Assembly: GCA_002633005.1 (NCBI GenBank)
Contig: NMRA01000303.1
Span: forward strand, 124,366-183,854
Reading direction: 5' to 3'
Length of the DNA: 59,489 nucleotides
Origin: Phoronis australis
Lineage: Eukaryota > Animalia > Phoronida
The notes beneath the pieces were generated by a model. The model saw nothing but the letters and a program-made list of their open reading frames with translations. It ran no database searches and had not been told where the DNA came from. Positions 25,301-39,900 of this stretch are shown here, in pieces. The translations under genes were made by a program, and so were the position numbers. Numbering within the stretch: the stretch's first letter is position 1; each line of letters starts with the position of its first letter.

Positions 25301-28300
25301 AATCTACGTTTAATGATGAGTCATCGATCACATGGCCTCTTAACTGTCCAGTTTATGGAGTACCAGGTTGTGATGTGTTCTGCATTTCAGCAATCAGCGG
25401 GCATCTTTAAGCACCTCAAAGACAGTGTACTGTCCAGCGTGCAGCAGGACCCGACCCCTGACCTCTATCCAGACATTCTGAACGCCCTGCATGCTGTCAT
25501 GCTGGCACAGGGACAAGAGAGTATCTACAAGAAAGCGTCAAAAGGTGAGTTTTACCAGATTTGGGTACATCCTTAGTGGAATGGAAGATTAACAAAAACA
25601 CCATTGTCTGATCATTGTTTTTAGGCCTATGACTGGTATAGGTAAGTGATAATGAGGCTGCTTTTCTTTCAACCAAATCATGACAAAGAGACACTGTTGG
25701 TGTTGTCAAAATTAAGGCTATAATAACTTGCCACTTTTTGGTTTCAGATCGGTTTTGGTTTCATTTTTTGTTATTTTTTCTCAGAATTATAAAACAAATA
25801 GGAAACTCATTAAAAAAGTAGTGTAGAAATTAACTGTCACAAAACCGTTGTATCTTATATTTTAGCTGGACAGTTTTGAAAACAAATGTCTTTGCTTGCA
25901 TGTACTTATCTGTTTTTTTCTTGGTTTTATTCACGCCTCTGAAGAAGGCAAACCTGTGTACTTTTATGCAAATCATTTCTCTCGTCAGACAAAATGAAGC
26001 CAGCTATTGTGGCCAAGATAGCCAACCAGTGCTCAGACTTCTTCGCCGAAGCCTTGAAGCTGACGCAGCTGTACACAGTGAAGGAAGTCTTGCCGAAGGT
26101 CAGTGAACATTAACTTTTGAGGATGTCGACTACTCAAATACTGACATGAAGTATCTTTTCAATGAGGCTGTCAATCTGATGACGGTCTTGTTTAGTTACC
26201 GCACTCCTCTAGGTTATCACCCACACTCTCCACTTTCGACCTATATTCAAAATTTCCAAATTTGACCATTAAGCGCCCATGCACTTACCAACCACCTGCA
26301 ATGTACATGACCAAAATTTCCTTAAAAGTGCCATGTCAATGTGAACGTGCGTCTCGGCAGACTTATCTTAGTAATTATCAGTCAGTTTCAGGCATGACAA
26401 TGCCCGTATTCTGCTCTTTGCTAAAGGAGATATGAAAGGTCGCTCTTGGCGCATGGTATTCTATTGTCGTACTTGTTTTAAAACTATGAAGAAAGCATTC
26501 GCGTAAGCAGCACATGGACGGCTCATTATTTGCATATAAGTTTTGCATCAGAAAATTTAAAAATCTATCGTCACGCTACTGGACTACTGTGCAGTATCAC
26601 TATATTCTAGATACTAAGCCCCTTACTGCATCGTCAATAATCCGCTGATTTTTTATTTTGCATGTGTAGTCTGGCGTCAGTGTATCTCTGTGATTGTTAA
26701 CCTGACCGTTTGGGTAATCACCCACTCCAGACTTTTAAAAAATTTCAGCTTTCAGTGCACATCCCCTAATGTTTTAGTTCCCTAATTTATGTGCGGTTTG
26801 AGGTAACACGGATGAGTACAGTAATGTCAGGCTTAAATTAATCTTTCAAAGACAAATAAAGTACTTTTGGTTCAGAAAACTACAAAATTGTGTGAGAACA
26901 TACGCTTGTCATGTGAACCTGGTTGAGGATTAAATGTATTTGTTTACTTTTAGACTGATTAATTCATGATTAGCCTCAGAGTAAATTCACCAATTTAGGA
27001 CGCAATAGGGCTGACAAGTTAATCTTTCAGTTTTTCGTAGAAGGTAAGTAGGACTAAATAAATGTTTTTATCATCTTTAAGTTCTATACGACAGCTTCCA
27101 TCATACAATGTTTGAGAAATTGTGAGTACTGGCAACCATATAAGAAGCTTTTAAAAAGGAAAAAAGATCAATTTTGGCCTCCAGTTTTGTCAGAAATAGT
27201 GAGATGTTACCATAACAACCATAACTGCCATTATACTCTTGCAGTGATAATCTATGTTTGACTCAATGCCATTCCCAAAAGTTTCAACATAACAAATTCA
27301 ATTATTGTGTTTATAAATTTTATTAGTGCCTTAGTGGCAAGTTGAACAAACACGATTCCTTGCAACTGAGCAGTGGGTCTAGTTAAATTACCGCTGTGAA
27401 TATAGTAAAATTAGTAGTAGGTCTTAATATTAAGTTAAAAGGGAATATAATTAGATTTTTATTTCAAGTTGTTGAGAGTCTCCATCAACTTGATGCTACA
27501 AAACTGCTGGTTGAAAATTACCCAGTCATCGTCACTGTACTCCAACACATAGGAACATATTTGCTGTTACTTTTACTGTTTCCATTCTTGACTCTTCATG
27601 ACAAAATTAAGGCATGCTTTGATTGTAAGTGACCTTTGAACTCTTCAGGAGTGGGTCTCTGCAGTGGCTGGTAAGCAGGCAGCATACCATGGTCTAGCTG
27701 AGTACTACAGCAGTCAGTTAGCAAAGGCGAACAAGAGTTACGGAGAGGAGATAGCACGACTAAAGGTGAGTGAAGCTTGTCAGTCTGAGCTTTGCAAACA
27801 GTGATTGTAAGTCATTGTCTCTAGTGATATGGGCAAAATCAAACTGTAAGTGTTCAGGATGCCGTCTGGTGCTGCCACGTTTTGTTTATTTGTTCAGTTG
27901 CTCCCCCATGTTTGAAGTTTAATAAACAAAAGGCATCCAAAGCAGTAAGAACCTTGTAAAACTATAGAGTACACTTTGGTTGGGGACGTGTTATTCTAGT
28001 ATAAGGCATGCAGGCTGGCTGTAAAACAGATTCGGCTCATTTTGTGTAAGATATTGCTCGAGCTTTGTACGAATTTGATGGAGGCTTTTTGCTTCTTTGT
28101 GGCCCGATCACAGAATGTAGCAAATTTGTTTTCTTTGCTGTGGCTTGTAAACGAGGGCATATTTGCCCACTGGTAATGATCTCGTTGCTGTGATTGGGCC
28201 TTGGTCTTGGGCATCCTCTTTCCACCAAGTTTGTCATCTTCTTACGGAAGAATTATCTTAATTCCATTCTGTATTACGTTAAACAAAGTTGAGTATCTCT

Positions 28301-31300
28301 TTTACAAAGATTGCTGAGAATGTCTGAGCTCTAGCAACCTTCACTCTGACTTTAGCATGGTGTCGAACTGCTGCGCGCGGCCGATACACGAGGCGGCACC
28401 TGCGTGGACTTCTCCGAAGTGCTGGCCAAACTGAATACAGCGCTGGCAGCGGCGGAGAAGGACAACAACTTCATCTACCACGACACAGTGCCTGACGTCA
28501 AAACACTACAACCCATTGGGAAGGCAGCGCTAGCCAAACCTCTACCACTGGCGGCACCCATGTGTAGTCGCTTCCAAGGTTATTTATTTATTTATTTGTT
28601 CATTATATGTGGTTGTAGTCCCCCATGGCCCGTTGACACGGAGTGAGGAATGGTTTATTTACATCTGTCCGTATGTCACACAATGTTGACGTGATATCTC
28701 TTGAAGAAAGTTTTAGATTTTGTTCATATTTGTACCAAGATGTAAGTGGCCATCTACAGGCATCAGTCGATTTTGACCTTACGTTCAAGGTCACATGAAA
28801 ATGAATTTTAACATGGAAATGGTGTTGGTGTGATATCTAAAGACCAAACTTGTTTTTATATTTGTTCACTAAATAGTTATCTGTGAAACTTCCTGCTGAA
28901 TTTGGGGGTCTATGAAATGCATCTGGAACAGACGAAATTGTTGCATTTTAGGAATATTATTCATTATGAAACTATTCATATAATTCCTTATTACCCCCAA
29001 AGCTTTTGAGTTCTCAATGTTTAGAATGAGGAAAATTTTACTTCAGATAATCGTTCAGTTTAATCGATCTTATTAAATTAGCAACTTATGTGTAGTTCAT
29101 TTGGGTTTGTCTTAATTTCCAGTTGAACTTCACAAAACAGAAGTGTCACAGACTAATTGCATCGCTTTACAGCAAGCCTGCTAAGCGTCGATTATTTCGT
29201 GATATTCCTTGTTTCGTAGCGAGATGCTCTATAAACAATTTACCAGTTTCTGCTAGTCTAACCTTGGCTGTTGCTTTGCTCGTTTCAGATCTCTTTGAGA
29301 AACTGGTTCCTTTGGCGGTTCATGAAGGTCTGGTCAGCTTCGACAACAGGAAGTCAGCCATAGTTAATTTTGAAGTGGGACGATTAAGAGAACAGACACA
29401 AATGCTAAACAGGTAACACTGCTAACCATTTTGGACCTTTCTATTCTGAATGAGCAGGTTGCAATACCGGAGTCTTACAGCTGGTTTTGTTGATCTTGGT
29501 TACTGTGTTTACGGTTCGTAATCTCCAGGACCTGCTTCTTATCTGTTTTATCAAATTCCTTACTCTATGTTTTCATTTTTCACAGTTTCACCTTAAAGGT
29601 TGATGAAATTTGACTTTTTTAGAGATATTTTACCACTTTTCTCAAAAATCACTAAATCTGCTTTCTCTTGTTTTTCATACAAGACTATTGTTCTAGTGTT
29701 TTAGCATCGCTGAATCTGCCGGCAGCCATTGAAGACGTGTCCGGTAACCAGCTTCCCTCGTCGCTGGCTGAGAAGGCGCGTACATTGCAGTCGGAGGGTG
29801 GGGTCGGCATCCTAAATCAGCTGATGAGTGATCTACCCGAACTGCTTGGGAGGAATAAAGAGATTCTGGATGAGGTATGGCAGGGGTGTGCAATGAGGTA
29901 TGGCAGGGGTGTATAATGAGGTATGACAGGGGTGTGCAATGAGGTATGGCAGGGGTGTGTAGTGAGGTATGGCAGGGGTGTGTAGTGAGGTATGGCAGGG
30001 GTGTGTATTGAGGTATGGCAGGGGTGTGTTGGAAATAGTGGCTTACATGGGTCCCACTTTTTGAGAACTCCTCCATTGAATAACATGTCAAGCTGTTTCT
30101 CAAAACCCAGAGCCCTGTAAATGACTGATTTGTCAAATGTTTTCTTCTTACTAGTAGTGTCACTGCTGATGTCTTTAAAATACTTTTAAACCTGTGTAGT
30201 TTCATAAGAGTTAATTGAAGGTGGAAATGAAAAGAAACCTGGGGGAATTTAGATTCAGTGGAGAATGTGCCTAAAACATTTCTTTGAAGTTGTTGCGTGT
30301 CCCAGTAAAACACAAAGGTATGTGATGCTATTTCTTCGACACCATTAAATGTTTGGGTGGGTTTGATCTCTGCAGCAGCGCCTCATAATGGCACTCATTG
30401 TTACCTTCTTTCCTCTGCTTTCTTTCACAGCGCAATTGACTCCTTTGAACTGAATACTTTTAGTGGTATTTCCCCTCGAAACTTTTTAGGACATTTTGCT
30501 TATTTGGTCTACTATGACAATTATAATAACTGCCATGATAACGTAGCTTTAAGATTAACTGGCGTGTTTCTTTAATTGAACAAAACCAGTTAAAGTTATA
30601 CAGAGGGTCACATTTTTTTAGTTAGTACATTTTTGTGAGACTAGCTTCTTCCACTCTAATTACTTTCTTGATGAATCCTACGAAACTAAAAGATGGACTA
30701 TTAATTCTCTTGATTAACATAACATATAAGCACATATTATTAACTCTTAACATCCCATAAGGCATTTCCCTAGTAGTAGGCCAAAATCCCATAAGGATTT
30801 CAGGAAAATTTAGGATAAGTGGACACACGACCCTAAGTTCTTTTTTACTTGTTTAATTATGAAGTGATCTCCATGAAAATGTCAGGAAGTGTAGACAGGT
30901 TCCATAGATATGCATCTTCATTACTAAATTTGTGTAGTTACTCAAATTTCTTGCATTTTAATCATTTTACCTGAGAAAATCAGACCGTGAAAGGCAAGTC
31001 ATCTTCCTCATCGCTATCGGCGAAATTGTTGTTGCTTTTATGTCGCTTGTTTGTACAGATGACACTGAAATATCACTCTTGATTTTCCTCACCAAATTCA
31101 TTATTTTTACCTTCAAGACAATTCTGGATCAATTGGATAAACTCTGAATCTATTTCACCTTCTGAATCGTCCATTTTGGCGTGATGTCAACATTCAAAAA
31201 ATTCAAAAAAAGTCGCTTCAAACTAAGGGAAAAAATCGGCAAGTCACGATGTTTATAACCGCCATTAAAGGAAGTGTTTCATTTTACTATCTCCTTTACT

Positions 31301-33870
31301 AAAGAGCACCGTTTGGGCTTAAAATAACCATGTGAAAGTGACTCACTGTCAACAAGTATTTTCAGGCGGACTCGGGCGGTATGGGATTAAGCCTGCAAGG
31401 CGGTGTCGGGCGGTAAGGGATGTTAAGAGTTAATGCCCAACATACAGAATGGTGGATGTCAAGTTTCCTATTTTTTTCCTATTTTTTAGAGAGACTCCTA
31501 TTTTCTCCTTCTTTTCCGTGAAATTCCTATTTTTTTCTATTACTGAGAATTTCCCATTTTCCTACTTTTTCAAGGGGTTATGTTACTTGACCCCCTGTAT
31601 ACACATAGACCACAAGCTCTTATGGTTATAAGAGATCTTACTAACAACGTATAATTCACCAAATGTCTCTAAACTTGCAACTGTTTACTATGTTGATCGA
31701 TGTCTTATCTCAAAGTAGAAAGATTCATACCATTCTTCCATAAATTTTGTCACGAGACCATGTCTTTCTTTTAACATTTACTAAAAAATAAAACTTAAGG
31801 CACAGTCATTGCAAAACGACATTGCTTCTAATGCGGCCAAATTTCTTTTGATAAAACGCTCAAGAGGATATCTCAAAAATATTGTACACTTACTGTTTTC
31901 TAATCATTTCCTTTTCATTTTATGCAAGGTTTGATTTTTTTATAAAAATCCTGAAAGTCCCAAAATTTAATAGCACCTCATGCCAATGTTAAAGGCTTTA
32001 AAAACAATTGTTCCTAGCAGCGTTTTGGAGAACAGTGCGTAACGTACAACTTGTGAAAGTTTCGTTTAAATCTGATCTGCCGTCTCTAAGATATGATGTT
32101 CTGAAGTTTGAACGTTTTCAAGGGTTTCACGTAACCTTAAGTTTTTGTGACAATTTAACGGCATGCTTTTATTTTGTTTCATTTCTCAAGGCCTTTCGCA
32201 TGATGGATGAAGAGCAAGCTTCGGATGACCAACTGAAAGCCCAGTTTAAAGAACGGTGGACGAGAACGCCCTCTATCAAGCTGACAGAGACTATCAGAGC
32301 GGAGGGGTCCAAGTACCGCACCATTCTCAACAATGCCATCCAGGCAGACAATGTCGTGAAAGAGAAGTACAACACCCACAAACAGGGCTTTGAATTACTC
32401 AGCAAAAGTGAAGTAGGTTTTTTAGATTGTCCACATTTTGTTTATGTGCTTCCTGATCACATGCTTTTAACAAAAGTCAAATTATTATTTGCCTTCGATT
32501 CACGGTTTTTACGTGAACAAAGAAATTTGGATTCCAGTTGAGGGATAAGATCTGTATGGGAAACCTATACAATACAATCCCCTTGACAAGTACGTTGCGT
32601 CTGTTCTGAAAGGCCAGACCATAATAGGACACGTCCATCGCAAGATCAGCAAAACTTTTGCGTTCTTTTTAAAGCACGGCGGAGTTTTGGAGTGTATAGT
32701 CACGGCTAAATACCGACATAGCGGCGAGGCTTGTGGTCTACAAATTCCGTGCACAATGGTTTTTTCCGGACTGTCGGATCTTATTGATAAATTGAAGACG
32801 TTACTGTAGAATTTTAGAACTGTAGGTAAGGCATAGACTGGGCGCTTATTTTAGCAAAGTCTGAAAACGCGTGGGGGGCGCTTATAGGGGCATGGGCACT
32901 TATTGGGGGAATACGGTAGTTCTGGTCGCGCGTATAGGGGCATGGGCACTTATTTGGGGGAATACGGTAGTTAGTTCTGGTCTCTAGCCCGACTCATTTG
33001 AGACCTGCAGTAACTAACTCAAAAATGTCTGAATGCACCAAATCAAGGGTAATCAAGGTTTAGAATGCCATGATTTGCTTAGTGATGCATGAAGAAATGA
33101 ACCTCGCATCATTTTTGCTCGTTTCGGCTGAATTTTCTACTTTGAAAAAGTGAGCATGTAAAATCAGGGCTTGGAATTTTCCGCGGAAACGCGGATTTCC
33201 GCTTCTTTCAAATGTGCTTTCCACTTTTTTTTATAATATTTCCGCGTAAAAAAATCGGATTTGATATAAAATTTCCGCGGCAAATTCCTTTCTTACCGCG
33301 GCGTTGCAGACGACGTTCACCTCGAAAAGCGGAAGTTGCTCTTTATGTTCGGAGGAACGTAAATTGTCAACATTGCCGGGGCATCTGGGATAGCGTGGTG
33401 TGATTTTCAATGGCGTCTCGTGTTATTGTTAAGCGCGGCGACAAATACTACCGCTCTGCAGCCAAAAATGTGTGGGTTGGGAGTAGACGGGCGAGCTAAA
33501 AGGACGCAGACGCATGCTACTGATGGTGGTAACGTTTTTTTTTAGTCCTCCCGATTTTTGTCGGGGAGAGGTTCACATTGACCAGTTCTAGGCTGGTTAT
33601 CGGGCGATGATTTGGGCCGTAAAAGTTTCAAAGTTTCCGCGTTTTTTGTCATTGGTCATTCCAAGCCCTGTAAAATGTCGCACCACGGACTCACTTTACA
33701 AAAATAGAGACTATCACTAACTATTGTGATTTTTTTGCTTAATCTGTTGTATGTTAGTCATTTTGACTTATTCTCCACTTCCCCAAATTATGGCCGTGTG
33801 ATGAACTGTGGTCAGATTCATTGAATTTCTTCTTCCCAAGTCTTGCAATCGTTGATGTTTCTGCAACTTC

Positions 33871-33924
<54 letters not shown>

Positions 33925-36900
33925 CCTAAACAGTTATTGTTGCTGTTGGTGGTGGTGGTGTTGTTGTTACTAATCACTGACTTATGATTGTGTCCGCAGA
34001 GAGACATTGAGAAAAGTTTGCCCAGTGCCAGTCCTGCTGCTGCGGTGCAGAACAGTCAGGCTGTGAAGGACCTCCGTCAGCTCATGTCGGAGGTGGAAGC
34101 TATCAAGGCAGAGAGGGAGGCCATGGAGATGGAGATCAAGGAGGCCAAGTGTGACATGAGTAGGTTAAGGGTATTGTGATATTGGTTAATATTGATAGTG
34201 GTGTTGATGGATATTGATATTGATATTGCTATCGATTGAGTAGTTGTAGTAGTTGAGTACCTTGTGTGTCACTTCTAATGAGACCGCCAACTTTGTGTAT
34301 TTTCAATGGATGAAATCTGATCTTGCGCATGAGCTGTGGTGTCATTATTCACTAGCAACACCTGACAAAATTAGCATGTACGTCGTTTGCTAATCATGGT
34401 TGGCTGTTGTGTGGTCGGGTGTTTGGCCACACAGGCGAAATGTAAAGGACTAAGTTTCCACAGCACTGAAGTTTGAATTTTGCAATTACATGACCAGTAG
34501 CATTGCCAAAAGTACTCACAATACCAACAGTTCTAATATTGGAAAACTTTCAACAGCGTTTCAACATCAATTTTTTTTCCGTTGTACTAGACAGTAAAAT
34601 AGATGCGAGAAATTTCCATCACAATACACTAAGCAGAAACTGAAATTGGTAATTTAGGAGGGTGGTGCCTCTTCTAGGATATTTCGCAAGAAAACGTCGG
34701 AGTTGCAAATCTGTTGTCCCTAATCTATGATGAGACATAATAACTTTTAACAAGTCAAATAGCAATAATAAATTCATCCATGCTCATATGATGACTTGAC
34801 AAGTTTGGCCAGTTGTGTCTGTGGGAAGATGGTGATATAATAGTTGGATGCTTCTACTTTGTTATGGTTTGAAATGTTAGGCACTTATACATATTCAGAA
34901 ATTAACTGAACATTAAAATGGCCCATACATAAAGTGTGTCGAAGGACTTTGCAACATAATTAGCCAAGCTACAGATATGTTTCTACGGCGATATTTCTTA
35001 ATGCCGTGGAAATAAAAAATGTTTAAGAAAAGAACGAAAAGAGGGAAAATGACGCTTTTGGTATTGTTAAAGGAGAATGCCACCCGATTTAATTAGTCTT
35101 TTTTGCCATCTTAATCGCTCTATATCTTCATCGCCTCACTTACGGTCGACCTTACCTTGCCAAGAGGTGTTTCGTTAACCTGTGAGGAAGGTGAGAAACG
35201 ACGCTAGCGATGTCAGTGGTTCATCTGCAGAGTGAATGCCGCTATGTTGCGGTGCATCGTTCCCGCTTGTCCGAACTATGCAGCTGCGAGGAAAGCGGGT
35301 ATATTGTTTTTTGACTTCCTCGAGAGCCCAAAATACTTAGGAAGTGGCTCGTAGTAGTGAAGAATGAGAAGTACGCTGTAAATAGCAAGTATGAGGCGGT
35401 GAAACATCTCCGTGACTGTGGCCTGCGGACGTAGTGCCTGGCGAATGCCGGCTTACCCGCAAATAACTATCCGTACGTTCCATTGTCTGAGCTTGTTCAC
35501 GGCGCCTCTCTAGTATTTCTTCATCACTGTATTCCTGTTCGAATTGATAGCCTGTGAAACTTAACGTTCCATTTGCGAAGTGAGCTCTAGCTCGTCCTAA
35601 GTCGGAATTGCGAGTTGCCATGTTGACGTTTATCTACTGAGCGTTCTGTTTCAAAATGAATTATTCTCACCCTAACCAATACAAAACTGAAACAAAGTCT
35701 GTCTCATTAGATGCAATTTGTAATGCCGTTGGAGTGTTCGTGAGTGCAAATGATTTCAGAAGCCAGCAATGAATAAATCACTGCTTTACCGACTTTACTG
35801 AGGTGCAATAAAACTAATTGATGGGACACCGAGGCCGTGTGAGCTCATGCTAATTTAGTGTTTGCTGGCAGAAACTATTGTGAAACATCTCGATTTCCAT
35901 CCCACGGCCAGGTGTTAGGGGAATCTTTATTTACATTTACATTACTCAAATAATGATTGTCAATGTACAACTTCTGCCCTGTCGGTGCTGTGGCCAAAGC
36001 TGAACCTGAATTTGCAATCCCCGACGAGTAAGTAAATTTGCAGTATCATGGCTAATTCACCAACATGATCATGTGTATATTACTTTGGCTCACTAGTGTA
36101 GTATTTTCTTGACTGGAAGTTTAGTTTGCACTGAACTTTGGCTGGTTTATGTTCGTGATGCCTGATCAGTTTCCGAGCCACTGGCCGGGATAACCGTAGT
36201 CAATCCGGCTGGCCGCGACGGGCCTGATCGGGCTCTGAGCCACTGGCCAGGATAACAAGCATTTTGTGTTTAGAACTAAAAAAAATCATATGACTAAACA
36301 ACACAGATTTAGGTTCTCCCGTCTGTATCTCACGGAAAATACTTCGAATTTATCTCCGAGCAGACACCAAACTTCTGCTACGGACATTATTGGCCTGCAG
36401 AACAGCCTACGGTGTGTCCAAATACCGATAAATCCGTAAGAGCGAAATAAAACAACATGTTTTTATAAAAATTCGGTGTATTTTTAAGGGTTTTACATCG
36501 AAGTTTGATGATTTATTGGACAGGTGTAAAACGATGTATTCAAGCAATAAACTGACACGAGTAACTTGTGTTGTGAACTGCTGAACAGACTGCGTGTGAA
36601 ACCAATTACATTATTGGATAATTTCAACACCTCCGTCAGGTGTCAGGTAACGCAACCGTACGTGACGTTATGGAGTAGAACTACTCGATCTAAATTAGGT
36701 TGTTTTTTGGGTGTCATGCTCCTTTAAAATAATAGAAATTATCAATTACCTTATTCAAGAATTGTACGTGGAAACAGTCTACTTCGAAGATGGCATTGTG
36801 GTCCATTGCACAGTCAAGAGCTTTGTTGTCATTTCAGGCTCCAAGTTCATGAATGCATTAGCTCAGGATGGTGCCCTGAATGAGGAAGCTCTGTCAATGG

Positions 36901-39900
36901 CAGAGTTAGACAAGATCTATCAGCCATTGAGACAACAGGTGAATGATAGCTGCAGAAGGCAAGAAGACCTCTGTAGCAGGATACAGGTGTGTATTTGGGG
37001 TGTCAACCTCTGAGGGCCTGGAAGACAAGTGGACCTCTAGGTGTTCTAAGTTAATTTGGCGAGAACGGTAAAATCTCACCAATTTCAGACAAAAATAATT
37101 ACCAAAATTGACCTTTTTTCATTTCACAAAAATGCCTCTATTGTTGTAAGTGATTGGTCACACTTTTTCAAAATATCTGATAGTAGCTGAGGTATAGCAC
37201 TGATACATGGAAAAGCATTAATGTGGGACAAATTGTCTTTTTGTGGAAAAATGATAAAATAAAGTTTCGCTAGTCGGCCGTCTGTGTCCTAAATTGGTGA
37301 GATTTTACTGTGACAAGTTTTATAGTAAATTAAGCTGTTTGGCTATTGTGCTAAATGCTTGCTTTATGTCAGCGGTCTTGTGTGAAGACCCATACAGTTA
37401 CCTTGATCAACTTGATGTGTTAGCAATGTTGCTCTTCGCCATTATAGTTCACCTGGACTATTTTATTTAGTAACTTTATAAGTATCAACACACCGTCTGT
37501 TCTGGTTTCCTTGAGAGTTGTCTGCATCCATCTTCATTTTTGGTGTATTGTTCTTCAACTCAATGAATAAGATATTCTAGTTAGGTTTGTTAAGACTGGC
37601 CAATGATTGTTTAGAAATGTGAGTGCACTGCGACATCATTTTGGACAATTGGACAGGAATGGAAATGGCATTTAGCTGCCTGTTGTGGTACATTTATCTG
37701 CCTGTTCTGGTACATTTATCTGCCTGTTCTGGTATGACACTCATTCAATAATGTTGTCAGAAATTTGTCTTTTTGACTGTTTCTGAGTTGACGCTAACTA
37801 CCTTCAAATTATCAAAATGATTTTTAAAAATCCAGAGTCGTATTTTGCCTCATGTAATACTCACTGTCAATTAAAACTTAATCATTTAATTGTTCTAGAG
37901 TGCCAATGACCAGTTTTGTAAAGACAAATCATCCAATCAGAGTGCCGCAAGTCGAGAAGCAATATTACGGGATTTAGCTGCCGCTTACGATAGTTTCATC
38001 GAATTGAAGAGCAATCTTCAAGAGGGCACCAAGGTAAGAAAGGGGAACAAGGTTTGTATGATTTGTGTTTAGGAACAAGGGGTGGTTTGTACGATTTGTG
38101 TTTAGGAACAAGGGGTGGTTTGTACGATTTGTGTTTAGGAACAAGGGGTGGTTTGTATGATTTGTGTTTAGGAACAAGGGGTGGTTTGTATGATTTGTGT
38201 TTAGGAACAAGGGGTGGTTTGTATGATTTGTGTTTAGGAACAAGGGGTGGTTTGTATGATTTGTGTTTAACAGGTTTTTAGGTAGTGTGAAGCTGCATTC
38301 GACTTTTTATCTTGGGGCAAGTTTAATGTTATAAAATACTAACAATGAATGGCTGAACATTGTAAGGAGATTGAGGACAAGACCAGATATAGAGCTTTCA
38401 CCAGGTCGCACAACAAAGCTTCTCTCAGTGAATTTAACGAATAAGCTATCACTGATTGCGCATGAAAAACAATCTAGTGATTGACTGGAAAATGCCAAAG
38501 TAGTTAATAATAAAAGCGACACTAGATAAAGAAGAATAAGGGAACCCATTTGCATTTAGAAAAGCATCCAATGTCATGAACAGAGATGATGGTGCGTTTA
38601 TGACATCATCTTGACCCCCGCTACGTCACAGGGTCACACTAAGGGAGGAAGCATGCAACATCGACTTTTGAGAACTCCTGCCATTTATTGGTTAATTTCC
38701 TGGATTTTTAGAAGAAATGTCTACTGTAATTAGATACCTTGATCTATATACAAAAGAGGTGGAATGAGAGAGTGTTGTGGGTCTTTACAGTACAAGGCAA
38801 AAGTAATCAGACAAAATACTGTTTGTCGACATGGCAGCTAGTTCTGTTTACAACAAAAATAACTGGTAATGACTATTATGGCGACAAACCTTTAATTACA
38901 GAACCACTTAGTCACCTTGTTTATTTTCCTGTCAATTCCCCTTCATTCTCGGGTCATGAGAGATGAATTTGACTTCTGCTCAACTGTCATGACTGAGATA
39001 TCTGGGACATTTTGTCTGAACACTTTTGGCGCGTACTGTATGCGCTACTTTCTGCCATAAGCAAACACTGTTAATAGCCATCGAATCACAGCTCAGTGGC
39101 AATCATTATATATTGTGGTATAAGATGTTCTCTCGAAACAACCGTGAGTCAGATATAGTGTTACACTAGGGTGATCTGGCCAAAGTTAAGTACCTCTGAC
39201 CTTATTGAGAGTATCCATGACGACTGTTTCATGAAAAGTGACTCGAGAGTCAAGTCAGAAATTTACGCTCCACACAATTATTTTTAAAAAGCAATTAAAT
39301 CTCTCAGCCTCTGTTTATTTATAAGAAATATCCTCACTTTTAGGTCTTGTTGCTGATTAACTTCTGTCAGTTTTCGTTTGTCAGCAGGGCTGGTCCCAAA
39401 TGCTTATAAGCTGTTGTTTGAAACAAAAATAAATGGGTTGTGTTCTACGGGACTCCCATCATTTTTCAAACGCATTTTTGCTAATATTTTTATCAATTAT
39501 TTGTTCACTCAAATTTGTATAAAACACTGAGTGTGTGTCACCTTTTTAAAAATGTTTTTCATCCAGCTTCGTGCTTTGACTGCTTCAACCGGGTTTATTT
39601 CAGTTCTACAATGATCTAACTCAACTGCTGGTCAAGTTCCAAAATAAGGTCAGTGACCTTTGTTTCGCCCGTAAGACGGAGAAAGAGGAGCTAATGCGAG
39701 ACCTCCAGGCATCCATCGCCAGCCAGAGGTCAGAACCGGCACCGCAACCGCCATCATATCAGACTCGTATGTACTCTTAAGAGCCACATGCTGTTTTTCT
39801 ATTAACTCTAGAACTAATGTTTTGTAGCAGCTAATCAGCTCATGCACCATTGTTCAACCTTTTTCCAGAGCTTTCCAATTAAAAGCCCATGCACTTGCAT

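Noticed and set aside
26177-26202. CTGATGA-CGGT...ACCG hammerhead-like start
   Set aside because: No GAAA box or stem I follows; ACCG is the start of the adjacent TA-flanked element.
27996-28260. Minus-strand ORFs (LVERGCPR..) as a possible retroelement fragment
   Set aside because: Similarity is too slight to assign without a search.
29693-30313. 206-aa His/Pro-rich antisense ORF
   Set aside because: Composed of the antisense of exon 9 plus the 23-bp array; no independent evidence.
33768-34007. PolyQ ORF on the minus strand
   Set aside because: Antisense reading of the (TTG)n microsatellite.
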